Source: Candidatus Bathyarchaeia archaeon
GTDB taxonomy: Archaea; Thermoproteota; CALKCG01; B24
Direction of reading: 5' to 3'
DNA length: 64,000 nucleotides
Assembly (NCBI GenBank): GCA_038870975.1
Contig: JAVZJD010000001.1
Span: 1,001,966-1,065,965 of the forward strand
In this document: piece after piece, positions 30,503 through 40,818 of the stretch
How the letters are laid out: every line of letters begins with the position of its first letter
How positions within the stretch are numbered: position 1 is the stretch's first letter
The notes under the pieces: model-generated
Told to the model about the DNA's origin: nothing
The model's input: only the letters and a program-made list of their open reading frames with translations
Database searches by the model: none
Position numbers and translations under genes: made by a program

Positions 30503-31552
30503 ATGGGTAATGTAGTTAAAGTAGGTATATCCGGTCTTGGAAGAAGCGGTTGGAGTATTCACGCTAATACGCTTGAGAAATGCCCCAACTTATACAAGAT
30601 AGTAGCTGTATCCGACCCTATCGAGGAGAGACGTCGTGAAGCTGTAAGTAGATTCGGCTGCAGAGCATACCCCAACTTTGAACAGCTTATAAAAGATGAT
30701 GAAGTAGAGCTTGTAGTCGTAGCTACTCCAAGCTTTCTACATGCCCCACAAACCATAGAGGCTTTAAAAGCTGGTAAAAACGTGGTATGTGAAAAACCCA
30801 TGGCTACAAGCCTCTCCGAAGCCGATGCTATGATAAATGCCGCTAAGGAATCCAACAGAATACTGACGATTTTCCAAAACATGAGGTATGCGCCAGACTT
30901 TCTAAAAGTTAGAGAGGTAGTCCGTTCAGGAATACTGGGTCACATAGTTCTCATAAAAATCTATTGGCATTTCTTCGGTAGACGCTGGGATTGGCAGACT
31001 TTAAAGAGATTCGGAGGAGGAGAACTCAACAATAACGCTTCACACGCCATAGATCAAGCTCTCCAACTTATTGGAGATGGGGAACCCGAAGTCCTATTCT
31101 GCGACCTTCAGAGGACTTTAACCCTGGGTGATGCCGAAGACCACGTGAAAATAACCTTGGGAGTTCGTGGGTCTCCTACAATCGCCGATATAGAAGTTAC
31201 CCGTGCATGTGCCTATCCTCAGAACACATGGTTGATAATGGGAACTCAGGGAGGGCTTACAGGGACATCCACATCATTAAGATGGAAGTACTTCAACCCT
31301 GCAGACCTTCCCCCGAGGAAGGTTGAAACGGAGCCGACGCCAGATAGAAGCTACAACTGGGAGGAAATCCCCTGGAAGGAGGAAACGTGGAATTTAAGTA
31401 GAGACCAGAAGAGGGGTGAAATGCTCTTCTATGAAGGCTTGTATAGAACATTGCGTGAGGGAGCGCCCTTAAGTATTACGCCGCAGAGTGTTCGAAGAGT
31501 GATGTGGGTAATAGAAAAATGCCGCGAATACTGTGAAAAACGTTCAACGTAA
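30503..31552 (+). CDS. Gfo/Idh/MocA-family oxidoreductase
   Basis: GLGRSG, VATPS..H, VCEKPM, GGGEL.N..SH..D. Confidence 0.93.
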   Translation: MGNVVKVGISGLGRSGWSIHANTLEKCPNLYKIVAVSDPIEERRREAVSRFGCRAYPNFEQLIKDDEVELVVVATPSFLHAPQTIEALKAGKNVVCEKPMATSLSEADAMINAAKESNRILTIFQNMRYAPDFLKVREVVRSGILGHIVLIKIYWHFFGRRWDWQTLKRFGGGELNNNASHAIDQALQLIGDGEPEVLFCDLQRTLTLGDAEDHVKITLGVRGSPTIADIEVTRACAYPQNTWLIMGTQGGLTGTSTSLRWKYFNPADLPPRKVETEPTPDRSYNWEEIPWKEETWNLSRDQKRGEMLFYEGLYRTLREGAPLSITPQSVRRVMWVIEKCREYCEKRST

Positions 31553-31965
31553 ATACGTCTTCTATCCAATAATTTCGACTTTATACTCCGTAATTTTACC
31601 AAGTTCTGTTTTTCATAGTTAAAAATAGTAGTAGCATTTTTTTAAATCTGGGGTCTCCTATCGATGCCATATCGTTCTTACGATCTTAGATCATGTTATG
31701 AGCCTTTTTGGGCTTAAATGGGAGGATGCACAGCTACATAGACATTGGAAACGGTTTAATAGCATTATAGGGGCTCTAATATGAATTAGTGAAATAGGTG
31801 ATTACACCATAGGTTTCTTCACAGCAGAATTAGATAAAGCATTAGAATCTTTAAAGTGGACTGGAAGTTAAAACCGCCCCTCAATCTTTTAAGAAATATA
31901 ACCTCTTCGATTGAATAATTTCATGGGATTTAAACGGTTTTCTTTAGATACCTCTACATAGAAAA

Positions 31966-32394
31966 CTACCACTTTTCTAAGCGTTCACTTTTCCTTGTGA
32001 TCCCTTCTTCGTCTGCAAACTTCCATATACCTTCACCGGGTTTTAACAGTACAATTTTTAACATGTCCATTAGCTTATCGCTTAATATAACTTCATCCTC
32101 ACCTGGCGTGATGACAGCTGTTACATCTACGGGTCCAACATCCCTATCGTCTGTTAGAACCTTAATTTTAACAAGGCCTCTGACTAAGAAGGTTTTAACA
32201 AGCGCTCCTCCGACAGCTTTGTAGTCTTCCACTTGATATTCTGTCATAAGCCTTGGGAATATATTCAATCTCTCAGCAACTTTAATCGGTAATATTACCT
32301 CCGGCTCATCCGCCTCAAATCCAGAATTAGCTAAAGCCACTGTTACAACTTCTCCTGTAGCAGAGTGAAGTTTAACTTTTACCCTGACAACCAT
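31966..32394 (-). CDS. Archaeal clan-AA aspartyl-protease-like protein (ANSG variant)
   Basis: VRVKVKL...VALANSGFEA; EVILSD.L..L.IV...PGEG.W. Confidence 0.7.
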   Translation of the reverse strand: MVVRVKVKLHSATGEVVTVALANSGFEADEPEVILPIKVAERLNIFPRLMTEYQVEDYKAVGGALVKTFLVRGLVKIKVLTDDRDVGPVDVTAVITPGEDEVILSDKLMDMLKIVLLKPGEGIWKFADEEGITRKSERLEKW

Positions 32395-33117
32395 AGGGCT
32401 AACCTCTAGTTGGCTGGTTTAAACTTGCCGACTCTCTTTGGTCCACTTACACGCCTAAACTTTCCTGTCCTTCTAACCATATATCTGCCCAATTATTGGT
32501 AAGTGAAGTGTTTTATAAAAGTGTTTGCTAGAAAAACCTCTAACTTCTGCTGGAATGAATGGGCAAAGTTTAGATTCGATAATCCTCAATTTTTGGAGTA
32601 TCTTCTTGGAGGATATTCTCTTACTAAAGTTGAGACTTAAGAATGAGTAGATACTCTGCATACTGAAAGAATGATGTTATGTAGATTTTTACGGTGATTT
32701 CCATAAAGAAAGCAATCATCCTCCTAAGAGAAGATGTTTACCAGAAGCTTAAGGCTGAGAATGGCTTTAGAAGGCTCTAAGATCCTCTTCCGAGAGCGTG
32801 AAGAGCTTGGAGAAGCTTCAGAACGGGGAGCTGTTGAGTATCTTATGCGTAAAACGGTTTGCATCGCTCAGTTATTGGAAAACTTCCGCTTCCAACGCTT
32901 AAGATAGTTACCCATATGGATATTGTTGTTAATTTTCAACTTTATACTCGCTACCCATTTCTTTCACAGATTTAAATCTTCGTAGTTATATATGTTTGAA
33001 CGCAGGATTACGGCTTATATACCCTCATCTAACTTTTCCTGAAATTAGGTATCATGGTAAGCTTTATCAAAAGAAAACTTTAAACGTATGCAATCATTCA
33101 TATGGCGGTGTAAGCAT

Positions 33118-34455
33118 ATGGGCGTTAAAATCACTATTATAGGGGCAGGTAGTCTGGTTTTTACTCCTAATATTCTCGCAGACCTTACGAAATCCAATGT
33201 CCTCGCTGGCTCCAACGTCTGTCTCATGGATATAGATGAGAAGAGGCTAAACTTAATGACCAAGCTTGCCGATAGAATAATGCGTGAAGAGAAGTCGGAT
33301 ATTGCCGTTAACGCAACCACTGATAGAGCTGAAGCTTTGAGAAACGCTGACTACGTAATTATCTCAATATCTGTTGGTACTGATGTTGAAAGATTCGACG
33401 TTGAAATACCGAAGAAGTACGGTTTATATGCATCAGTGGGGGATACAACTGGACCGCAGGGTTTTGCAAGAGCGCTTAGACACATCCCGGTTATGGTCGA
33501 CATCGCTAAGGATATTGAGAGAATCTGTCCAAGCGCTTTTGTACTCAACGTGACAAATCCAATGACCGCGTTATGTACAGCTATGCTTAAAACGTCGAAG
33601 ATAAACCTCATCGGACTTTGCGTTGGAATATACATAGCGAAAAACTTCATAGCTAGACTTCTAGATCTAGACTCTGAAACAATAAGCGTAATCGCGGGTG
33701 GAATAAACCACTTTACGTGGATAAAGGAGATTTTCATTAGAGGTGAGGACGTTTATCCTAAGTTTCACGAAGTTTGGGAGAATGCTAAGAAGTCGTACAG
33801 TAGACTTGAGATGCTTGAAAAATTCAGAGGCCACTACATATCCCTACTCCTGTACGATAAATTCGGACTATTTCCATCCCCTTCAGACTCTCACATAGCA
33901 GAATTTTTACCATACTTCATAAGGGAGGATAAAGCATACGGTTCCATCTACGGTTTAACACTATACCCGCAAGGGACAATATACGACCCTAAGTGGCGTG
34001 AACAGGCTTGGTCACGTCTAGTTGAATGGGCAACTGGCACAGCTCCACTAGATGAGCTATTCGCGAGAACATTCACAGAAGAAACGCTTGTAATCAGAGT
34101 ACTTGAAAGTCTATCGTCTAAACGTAACGACTTCTACGAGGCGGTTAATATCCCAAATATGGGGTCTATTCCAGATATTCCAAGTAACGCTGTAGTTGAG
34201 GTTCCAGGGGTTGTAGGTAATATAGGGGTAAAGCCTGTCCAAGTTGGCTCACTTCCCAAGTCAATCACACAGCTTCTCAGACAGCAACTTACACACATAG
34301 ATTTAACGGTTGACGCCGCTTTAACCGGAGACAGTAAACTTGCATTACAAGCACTGTTAATGCATCCTTCAATACCAAATTTAGAGGTTGCTGAAAACAT
34401 ACTTAACGATTTAATAAGATACGAATCTAAGTATCTTCCACAATTTAAAGATTAA
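33118..34455 (+). CDS. Glycoside hydrolase family 4 (NAD+/Mn2+-dependent), CVGI variant
   Basis: KITIIGAGS; GDTTGPQG..RALR; NVTNP; GLCVG; GINHF; VVEVP. Confidence 0.92.
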   Translation: MGVKITIIGAGSLVFTPNILADLTKSNVLAGSNVCLMDIDEKRLNLMTKLADRIMREEKSDIAVNATTDRAEALRNADYVIISISVGTDVERFDVEIPKKYGLYASVGDTTGPQGFARALRHIPVMVDIAKDIERICPSAFVLNVTNPMTALCTAMLKTSKINLIGLCVGIYIAKNFIARLLDLDSETISVIAGGINHFTWIKEIFIRGEDVYPKFHEVWENAKKSYSRLEMLEKFRGHYISLLLYDKFGLFPSPSDSHIAEFLPYFIREDKAYGSIYGLTLYPQGTIYDPKWREQAWSRLVEWATGTAPLDELFARTFTEETLVIRVLESLSSKRNDFYEAVNIPNMGSIPDIPSNAVVEVPGVVGNIGVKPVQVGSLPKSITQLLRQQLTHIDLTVDAALTGDSKLALQALLMHPSIPNLEVAENILNDLIRYESKYLPQFKD

Positions 34456-35669
34456 CGGATTATGGGGTAATCTGCTAAGCGCCTCCAAACATCCAACATC
34501 ACTTTTATACTCTCCCACGGTGTATCTGGAAATATTTGATCTATTGCTGATAATATGAATCCTCCTCCTGGTGCAAGCGTTTCAATAGCGTCTACTACTG
34601 CTTTCTCAATCTCTTCCCTAGACCACAGCTTTAGCGTGACTGAAGAGTTTATACCACCCCATATGCATATCCTATCTCCAATTTCTCTTTTCACTTGTAA
34701 TAATTTTGCTCCTCCTTGAACGGGGTCTACACCGTAGAGGACATCTACTCCCGCCTCTTTGAAGAAGTCTAAGAGAGGCATTATACCCATAGACATTATG
34801 TAGCAGAATTTAAGCCCATGTCTATGAACATAATCCGCCAGTTTCTTAACATAAGGTAGTATGAATTTTCTGTAGAGTTTCGGCGGCCAAAAGTCCGCAT
34901 TCTCATACCATCCACGGTGAACAATTAGATCTACTGCTCCAGACTCTATGGCTAATCTAATATACCTGATATCCCATTCAAATATTACATCTAACACTCT
35001 TTGGATAAACTCTGGATTTGTATAAGCAGCTCTAATGGTGTTTTCGAGCCCGCAGAGCCAATGTAGTGCATCTGCGCCGACAACTCCACCTTCAACTCCT
35101 TCTTCATAAGCCATACCGGCTTCAACTAAAACACCATGCTTATCTGCGAAACTTCGAACTTCATTAGCCTTCTCAAAGAAGATTTTAAGCTCTTTATCCG
35201 AAGGTTCTGTAAGTAAACATGATAATGCATCTATATCCTCCTCCTTTTCAACAAGAAACTTTAAAGAACGAGCCTTCGGGATAACAAAATCCGTAAAAAG
35301 TGGCACATCGTCACCATGTGGCCAGTCTGGTGTTTGACGTACAATGCGCTTAAGGACGCCCTTAGCTGTGTGGTATTCTTTTATAATCAGCGCATCTCTC
35401 TCCCCAGGTGGATGAATCTTACTTACCTTAGTTTTGACCTCTGGGTTAAGTGAAACTGGTACTTTTAAAGTTATAGTATCATCTATTCCAAGTTTTAGTA
35501 GTCTGAGGACGCGTTCAAGCTCACTATGCCAACGGTCATTCTCATCTACTAGAAACGGGCGCTCCCACCACTTAAGACATAATGGAACGTGGTCTGGTTC
35601 ATCTAAATTTATGGCTGTTAAAAGCCGCTCCCTCGAATTCAACTCCTCTCTCAATTGAAACACCTCCAA
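34452..35669 (-). CDS. UroD/MtaA/CmuA-superfamily protein
   Basis: SRERLLTAI..DEPDHVP; GD...WGGIN; APGGGFILS. Confidence 0.85.
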   Translation of the reverse strand: MEVFQLREELNSRERLLTAINLDEPDHVPLCLKWWERPFLVDENDRWHSELERVLRLLKLGIDDTITLKVPVSLNPEVKTKVSKIHPPGERDALIIKEYHTAKGVLKRIVRQTPDWPHGDDVPLFTDFVIPKARSLKFLVEKEEDIDALSCLLTEPSDKELKIFFEKANEVRSFADKHGVLVEAGMAYEEGVEGGVVGADALHWLCGLENTIRAAYTNPEFIQRVLDVIFEWDIRYIRLAIESGAVDLIVHRGWYENADFWPPKLYRKFILPYVKKLADYVHRHGLKFCYIMSMGIMPLLDFFKEAGVDVLYGVDPVQGGAKLLQVKREIGDRICIWGGINSSVTLKLWSREEIEKAVVDAIETLAPGGGFILSAIDQIFPDTPWESIKVMLDVWRRLADYPIIR

Positions 35670-35764
35670 CTGGATTTGGGAAAGACCAGTTTAAAGCTTT
35701 ACGAATCCACATACGACGTAGACTATGTAATATTCCTAATACAAACTCGGCCGTTCCATAAAGG

Positions 35765-37198
35765 TCACTGTTTAATTAGAGATTCACTTGCCTCTTTAAT
35801 TATTCGGTCTATTTCTCTTTCCACACTTAAGTCTAGAGGCTCAACCTCATGCTTTGACAAGATTCTATTGACTGTTTCCCTAATCTCCCTCAATTTAGCT
35901 GGAGCGTCCTTAGACTTCCATGCCTCCCAGTTCAGTCTATCGAAGATTTTTGGAAACCAGAATTCACTTCTTATGTGTAGTATAGTGTGTCTCTGAGAGA
36001 GAAAGCTTCCACCTATACCTACTCTTTTTATAACATCTAAGGCTATGGTTTCACTCTCAACATTGAAACCCTTTAGTAAGCGTTTAACGTAACTGGCGAC
36101 TTCATCATCTACTACTAGTTGCTCTAAGCTACCGCCGACGTCCGCGCCTATGATACCTTGATGCCCACTAAGCTCTGCTCCTGCAAAAGCACCTAGAGTC
36201 ATAGTTGCAGCCTTCTCAACGCCAGATTGGAAATCAACACTTTTAGAGTCTGTTAAACCCACGTTAACATGTACAGGTAAACCGTAGTATAGACCTATTT
36301 GAACCATAGCTACCGCCATTAAACCCTGTTCAGGAGAACCAAAGGATATGTTTCCAGTTCTCTGATCCATTATGTGGGGTATACCGCCATAGAGGATTGG
36401 CGTTCCTGGACCTAAAACCTCCGCAATAACTATGCCAGCTAGTATTTCGGCGTTCTCAAGGGCTAGCGTTCCAGCCAATGTTGCAGGCCCCGTCGCGCTC
36501 GCCATAACCATAGGTGCAAAGCAAACTGGGATTTTACGTTCAGCAAAAAGTTTTAAAATAGGTAGGCTGTGAGGGCTGAATTTTAATGGGCTTATAGGCT
36601 CGAAAAAACCTAGGGATAGGGGTTTCTTGCCAGGCGCTTCTCCCGTTATAGTGGTCCACATTTTAAGTATGTATTCAGCCGATTGAACTGAGTATATCCA
36701 AGCGAAAAAAGGCTTTGAAGTATGCTTGATGAGCGTTGCATACATATATACGTCGGCAATTTGCAAAGGTACATCCTGAGGTACGAATAAGGCACCTACT
36801 ATGTCTATATTTTCCAACGCGTCTCCGAGTTTAACAGCTTTTACAGTATCTTCTAGGGTTGCAATTCTTCTATCGCTTGTTAAAGGGTCTACGACGTTCA
36901 TCATACCTCCACTAGATAGGACTTTGAACTTTCCATCGCCAAATGTTACGTTTCTACCGCTCCGTGAGTATACTGTGAAGCTTTTAGACGCTTTCTTAAC
37001 CATTTCAACGATTAAGCTCTCTGGAAGTTTAACGGTCGAAGTCTTCCAATCTACTTCACAGCCCACGTTTTTAAGCGCGTTAACTACTTCATCGTTTGGA
37101 ACTTGAACCCCTACTTCTTCCAAGATGTTTAAAGAAGCCTCATGTATGGATTCAACATCTACCCTCGATAGTATTTTAAGCCTCAAATTGGGCACCAC
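35765..37198 (-). CDS. MttB-superfamily methyltransferase, non-pyrrolysine
   Basis: IHEASL.ILEEVGV; ISPL; GPATLAG..A..NAE.LAG; FGSPE; TDSK..D.QSG.EK; SLEQLVVD.E. Confidence 0.93.
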   Translation of the reverse strand: MVPNLRLKILSRVDVESIHEASLNILEEVGVQVPNDEVVNALKNVGCEVDWKTSTVKLPESLIVEMVKKASKSFTVYSRSGRNVTFGDGKFKVLSSGGMMNVVDPLTSDRRIATLEDTVKAVKLGDALENIDIVGALFVPQDVPLQIADVYMYATLIKHTSKPFFAWIYSVQSAEYILKMWTTITGEAPGKKPLSLGFFEPISPLKFSPHSLPILKLFAERKIPVCFAPMVMASATGPATLAGTLALENAEILAGIVIAEVLGPGTPILYGGIPHIMDQRTGNISFGSPEQGLMAVAMVQIGLYYGLPVHVNVGLTDSKSVDFQSGVEKAATMTLGAFAGAELSGHQGIIGADVGGSLEQLVVDDEVASYVKRLLKGFNVESETIALDVIKRVGIGGSFLSQRHTILHIRSEFWFPKIFDRLNWEAWKSKDAPAKLREIRETVNRILSKHEVEPLDLSVEREIDRIIKEASESLIKQ

Positions 37199-37210
37199 AT
37201 ATACGCTTCT

Positions 37211-38527
37211 TTAACGCTTGGTTTTAAACTGAGGCAGAAGAGGTGCGTGAACCTCTAGAAGTTCGTCAAGCGTTTTCTTAGCCGCTTCAACGCTATGTAC
37301 AACCGGGTCTATCAGCAGGGCTTGTAATGCCTTTTCATAAGACCCTTCATACGCAGCTTCAACCGATAACCTTTGAATGACTGCTTGTGTATAGCACAAT
37401 GCATCTATCCCAGTCGGGAGACTTCCAATATGTATCGGATGTATACCACTACCGTCGACTACGGCAGGCACCTCTACCACAGTATCTAATGGTAGATTTG
37501 TCACCACACCCTTGTTCGGAACATTAACAGCATACTCGAAATACCGTCTGTTTGAAACGATAGCTTTGATTATGTTCACAGCCTGTCCTCTTTCACCTCT
37601 GATTAGTTCTGAAGAGCTATAGAGTTCTACAGACAATTTATCCGTAGCTAAATCATCCACTGTTTTACGAATATTTTCAGACCATTTTTCAACGGCGCTA
37701 AGCCAGTTTTCCCCTCTCTCCCTCTCTGGGACAATATCCCAAGCATAAGATACATATTCCCCTACATGCCCATCTGATGGAGATGGATAATATCCATACG
37801 TTAGGCATAAGATCCTAGACAGAGGCTCCCCAGCCAGTATGTCTCGCTTAACGTCATCCGCAGTTTTAAGCCTATCAATAAGAATAGGATAAGCATTTTC
37901 ACCAGAATCTTTAAACCAAAGCTTCAGAATCCATGTAAAGTGGTTCAATCCAGCGGCCAGAGCTTCAATCTGACGGCCTAAAGCTGTAGATAGCCACTCC
38001 ATTCTGCCGTAGATTCCGGGGCAGAGTCCAACAGCTTTAAGCTTCGTATAACGGTTTATTGCATATGCTACTCTCGCCTCTGGGTTTGAATAGTTCATAA
38101 CTAAAGCATTGGGACATAGGTCTTCAACATCACGGCATATTTCTAATACCAATGGAACTACACGTAGAGTATGTGCCAACCCTCCTGGACCACCACATTC
38201 GCCGATAACCTGTTTAATGCCATATTTATGGGGTATTTGAAAGTCCAGCCACCACCTCTTCATCCTCTCTTTCTCAACAGCTATTATTACAAAGTCTGAA
38301 CCACTAAGTCCATCTTTAGTTTTCGTGAAAGATTCGATCTTTAAATTAGCTTTAAAGTACTCATTAAACCGCTCTGCAACCTTAGCCATAGTCTTAAGCT
38401 TCCCCTCGTCTATATCTATCAATGCAATAGTGCCACCGTGAAGCTCTTCCGTGCTCACGATATCGCGTAATGTTTCAAGACCAAAGGAAGCACTACCAGC
38501 ACCAACTAAAGATATCTTAACCTCCAT
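37211..38527 (-). CDS. Glycoside hydrolase family 4, CPGI variant
   Basis: KISLVGAGS; GECGGPGG..H.LR; NYSNP; GLCPG; GLNHF; VVEVPA; start at ATG 38527 after GGAGG. Confidence 0.92.
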   Translation of the reverse strand: MEVKISLVGAGSASFGLETLRDIVSTEELHGGTIALIDIDEGKLKTMAKVAERFNEYFKANLKIESFTKTKDGLSGSDFVIIAVEKERMKRWWLDFQIPHKYGIKQVIGECGGPGGLAHTLRVVPLVLEICRDVEDLCPNALVMNYSNPEARVAYAINRYTKLKAVGLCPGIYGRMEWLSTALGRQIEALAAGLNHFTWILKLWFKDSGENAYPILIDRLKTADDVKRDILAGEPLSRILCLTYGYYPSPSDGHVGEYVSYAWDIVPERERGENWLSAVEKWSENIRKTVDDLATDKLSVELYSSSELIRGERGQAVNIIKAIVSNRRYFEYAVNVPNKGVVTNLPLDTVVEVPAVVDGSGIHPIHIGSLPTGIDALCYTQAVIQRLSVEAAYEGSYEKALQALLIDPVVHSVEAAKKTLDELLEVHAPLLPQFKTKR

Positions 38528-38730
38528 AAAAGTGCCTCCACACTTAGAAAAACCCTTGAAATATTTAAGTTTACATGCGATGAAATAGACTTTTGAGAGA
38601 TGTATAGAATCCTCCAACGCCGTAATCTTCTAAAAACTGAACATATCCTAGTGTAATTTAGTGTCGCATCCAAGGCCCCCTCTAATGGAACCTTAAAAAG
38701 AAAAAAGAGGAATCGTTCCCACTGCTTGGT

Positions 38731-40731
38731 TTAGAATGGTATGAAGAACCTTACCACGCCTATTGGATGGGCCATAACGTTTACTAAAGCTAAACCAGCT
38801 AGAAATCCAGCGACAAATGGAATGCCATAATTCTCGTACAATTTACTCCCACCTACTTTTAACGTTATCCACTTAGCTATCCAGGCGAATACAAAGGCGT
38901 TCCAGCTCCCCCACCAAGCGATACCAACGCTTGGAGCCATTGCAAAGCCGAGTGGATGTAATGGCCACCATATGAATCTAGCTCTAAGCAGAGATAAGAT
39001 TACTGTGATCAATCCACCTACGAACATTACTCCAAAGACGGTGTTCGCCGCCCCTCCGAAGACGTATCTTTCAATGGAGCTATCCCACATGTATTCCATA
39101 GAGCATGTACCCCAAACCGTCACACGACTTGTGCCAAGTAGATAGTAGATCCACACTCTTGCACATAGCATCACGGGGATTGCTATGAGGGATGATATAA
39201 CTAGTAGTAGAAAGCTATTACGTATATTGACGTTTGTTAACTGTCCCATCTTTAGAACGCTCATGGTTGTATGTGCTCCGTTAACAGGACCATTGGGTAC
39301 TACATTCCATCCACATACGATGAATGCATGAGCCATGAACCACTCAGTAGAATATTCTGAGGGTGCCGTAGGCCATATTAAGCGTAGCGGCCAGCTCATC
39401 CATACTGCTTTCTCATGAACAAAGGGGCATCCGGCGATACCGAGAGCATAAGTATCTGTTATTGAGTGGAGAAACGTCACCATTAGCCCTACTAGAGCTA
39501 CGGCGATGGTTATCCCGGAGAAGCATTGATAGGCAATCATAAATACTGCAGACATTAGGATCAACAGGTATATTGTTCTATAGCTAAATACTTCACCATT
39601 CGAGGGTCTACCATGAATAGCTTCTTTAAACGTATCAGCTACATATGTTCTTGAATGCCACATCACCATAAGTGCTATAGCTACTATTCCACCCATAGAT
39701 ATATAAGCCCAGTAGAACGGCGGAGTCCAGTAAAGTGCCTGATCGTAGATTGCTCTACATCCACCACCCGTTGTAAGAAGTCCAGTGTGGTAGCCTAAAA
39801 CATAGGCCGCTTGATCAAGTATTATCATTAAAATCGTGAAGAACGTGAAGCTGAACAGTATGTCTAGTGGTGCCAGAAATAGTATTGCATGCGCCAACGG
39901 GTCTTTCGTAAACCTGCCCCAGTGGACTATTGACTGCATAAGTGGGTCGGTGGCTGGTAGACAAACGCATCCTACGGCAGTGGTATTAACTCTGTAACCG
40001 AATATGTCTGGCCACCATGGGAAGAGATATGTGAGGAGAATCTGCACCTCTATTAGGAATCCTACTATGAAGCCTATGATGTAGGGTCTGATGCTTCTTC
40101 TCTCAGTCCTCTCCGCCTGTATGAATTCAACAGTTCCATAAGTAGCTAGTACATGAGGAAACGGTACTCTCTCAACATCTATCCACCTACGTCGCAATAG
40201 TAGCATGAGGCTTGATGTAAAGAACATAAACGTGTACATGTATAGTGTCCAGAATAGTATAGTTGGAGCCCAAGCCCCCCAATTTACTGGCATTCCACCG
40301 GGTATTATTTCTCTAACGACGTCGTATGGAGGCATCCACCACCAACTCTCCATGATAGTTCTAAGAGGCTCAGGTGAGTATAAGATAGGCATTACGTGTG
40401 CCACTGGATGTAACGCGAAAGTAACCATGTCTTGAAATCCATAGTATGACATAACCAATCCTATTATGTATATCGAGACCAAGGTTGGAACGCTAACCTC
40501 TCGAGTTCTTTTTAAAGGATACATTAGAAGCAATAGGAATACTGGAGCAATAGGTAAAGCCGTTGTTCTGGCGTATATACCCCACGTGAAGTGGCACATT
40601 AAGCCCAGGCTTGTGATATTGCAGAGAGCCATATCGATTGTTCCGACAATCGATAGAATCAACGATAGTAGTGGTATTAAAATCCAGTGTTTACTTTCGA
40701 ATTCCAACTCTCCCCTAGAAGGCATAACCAA
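38731..40731 (-). CDS. DUF6785/OPT-like polytopic membrane protein (paralog of 21228-23252)
   Basis: LLRRRWIDVERVPFP; RARFIWWPLHPLGF; KWITLKVGGSKLYE. Confidence 0.82.
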   Translation of the reverse strand: MVMPSRGELEFESKHWILIPLLSLILSIVGTIDMALCNITSLGLMCHFTWGIYARTTALPIAPVFLLLLMYPLKRTREVSVPTLVSIYIIGLVMSYYGFQDMVTFALHPVAHVMPILYSPEPLRTIMESWWWMPPYDVVREIIPGGMPVNWGAWAPTILFWTLYMYTFMFFTSSLMLLLRRRWIDVERVPFPHVLATYGTVEFIQAERTERRSIRPYIIGFIVGFLIEVQILLTYLFPWWPDIFGYRVNTTAVGCVCLPATDPLMQSIVHWGRFTKDPLAHAILFLAPLDILFSFTFFTILMIILDQAAYVLGYHTGLLTTGGGCRAIYDQALYWTPPFYWAYISMGGIVAIALMVMWHSRTYVADTFKEAIHGRPSNGEVFSYRTIYLLILMSAVFMIAYQCFSGITIAVALVGLMVTFLHSITDTYALGIAGCPFVHEKAVWMSWPLRLIWPTAPSEYSTEWFMAHAFIVCGWNVVPNGPVNGAHTTMSVLKMGQLTNVNIRNSFLLLVISSLIAIPVMLCARVWIYYLLGTSRVTVWGTCSMEYMWDSSIERYVFGGAANTVFGVMFVGGLITVILSLLRARFIWWPLHPLGFAMAPSVGIAWWGSWNAFVFAWIAKWITLKVGGSKLYENYGIPFVAGFLAGLALVNVMAHPIGVVRFFIPF

Positions 40732-40818
40732 CTATTAGTCCATGTGTATATATAAGCATTTTCTCGGATGTTTAGAAGCTCATGTCATTTAACCATTACC
40801 TACGAAGTCAAAGGAGGA

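Noticed and set aside
32473-32661. 62-aa minus-strand ORF
   Set aside because: No motif; it spans a TATA-like element and is likely spurious
21168-32923. Shared 12-mer CCATATGGATAT upstream of the first DUF6785 gene and the first GH4 gene
   Set aside because: Only two copies, at different distances from the genes; compatible with chance in AT-rich intergenic DNA
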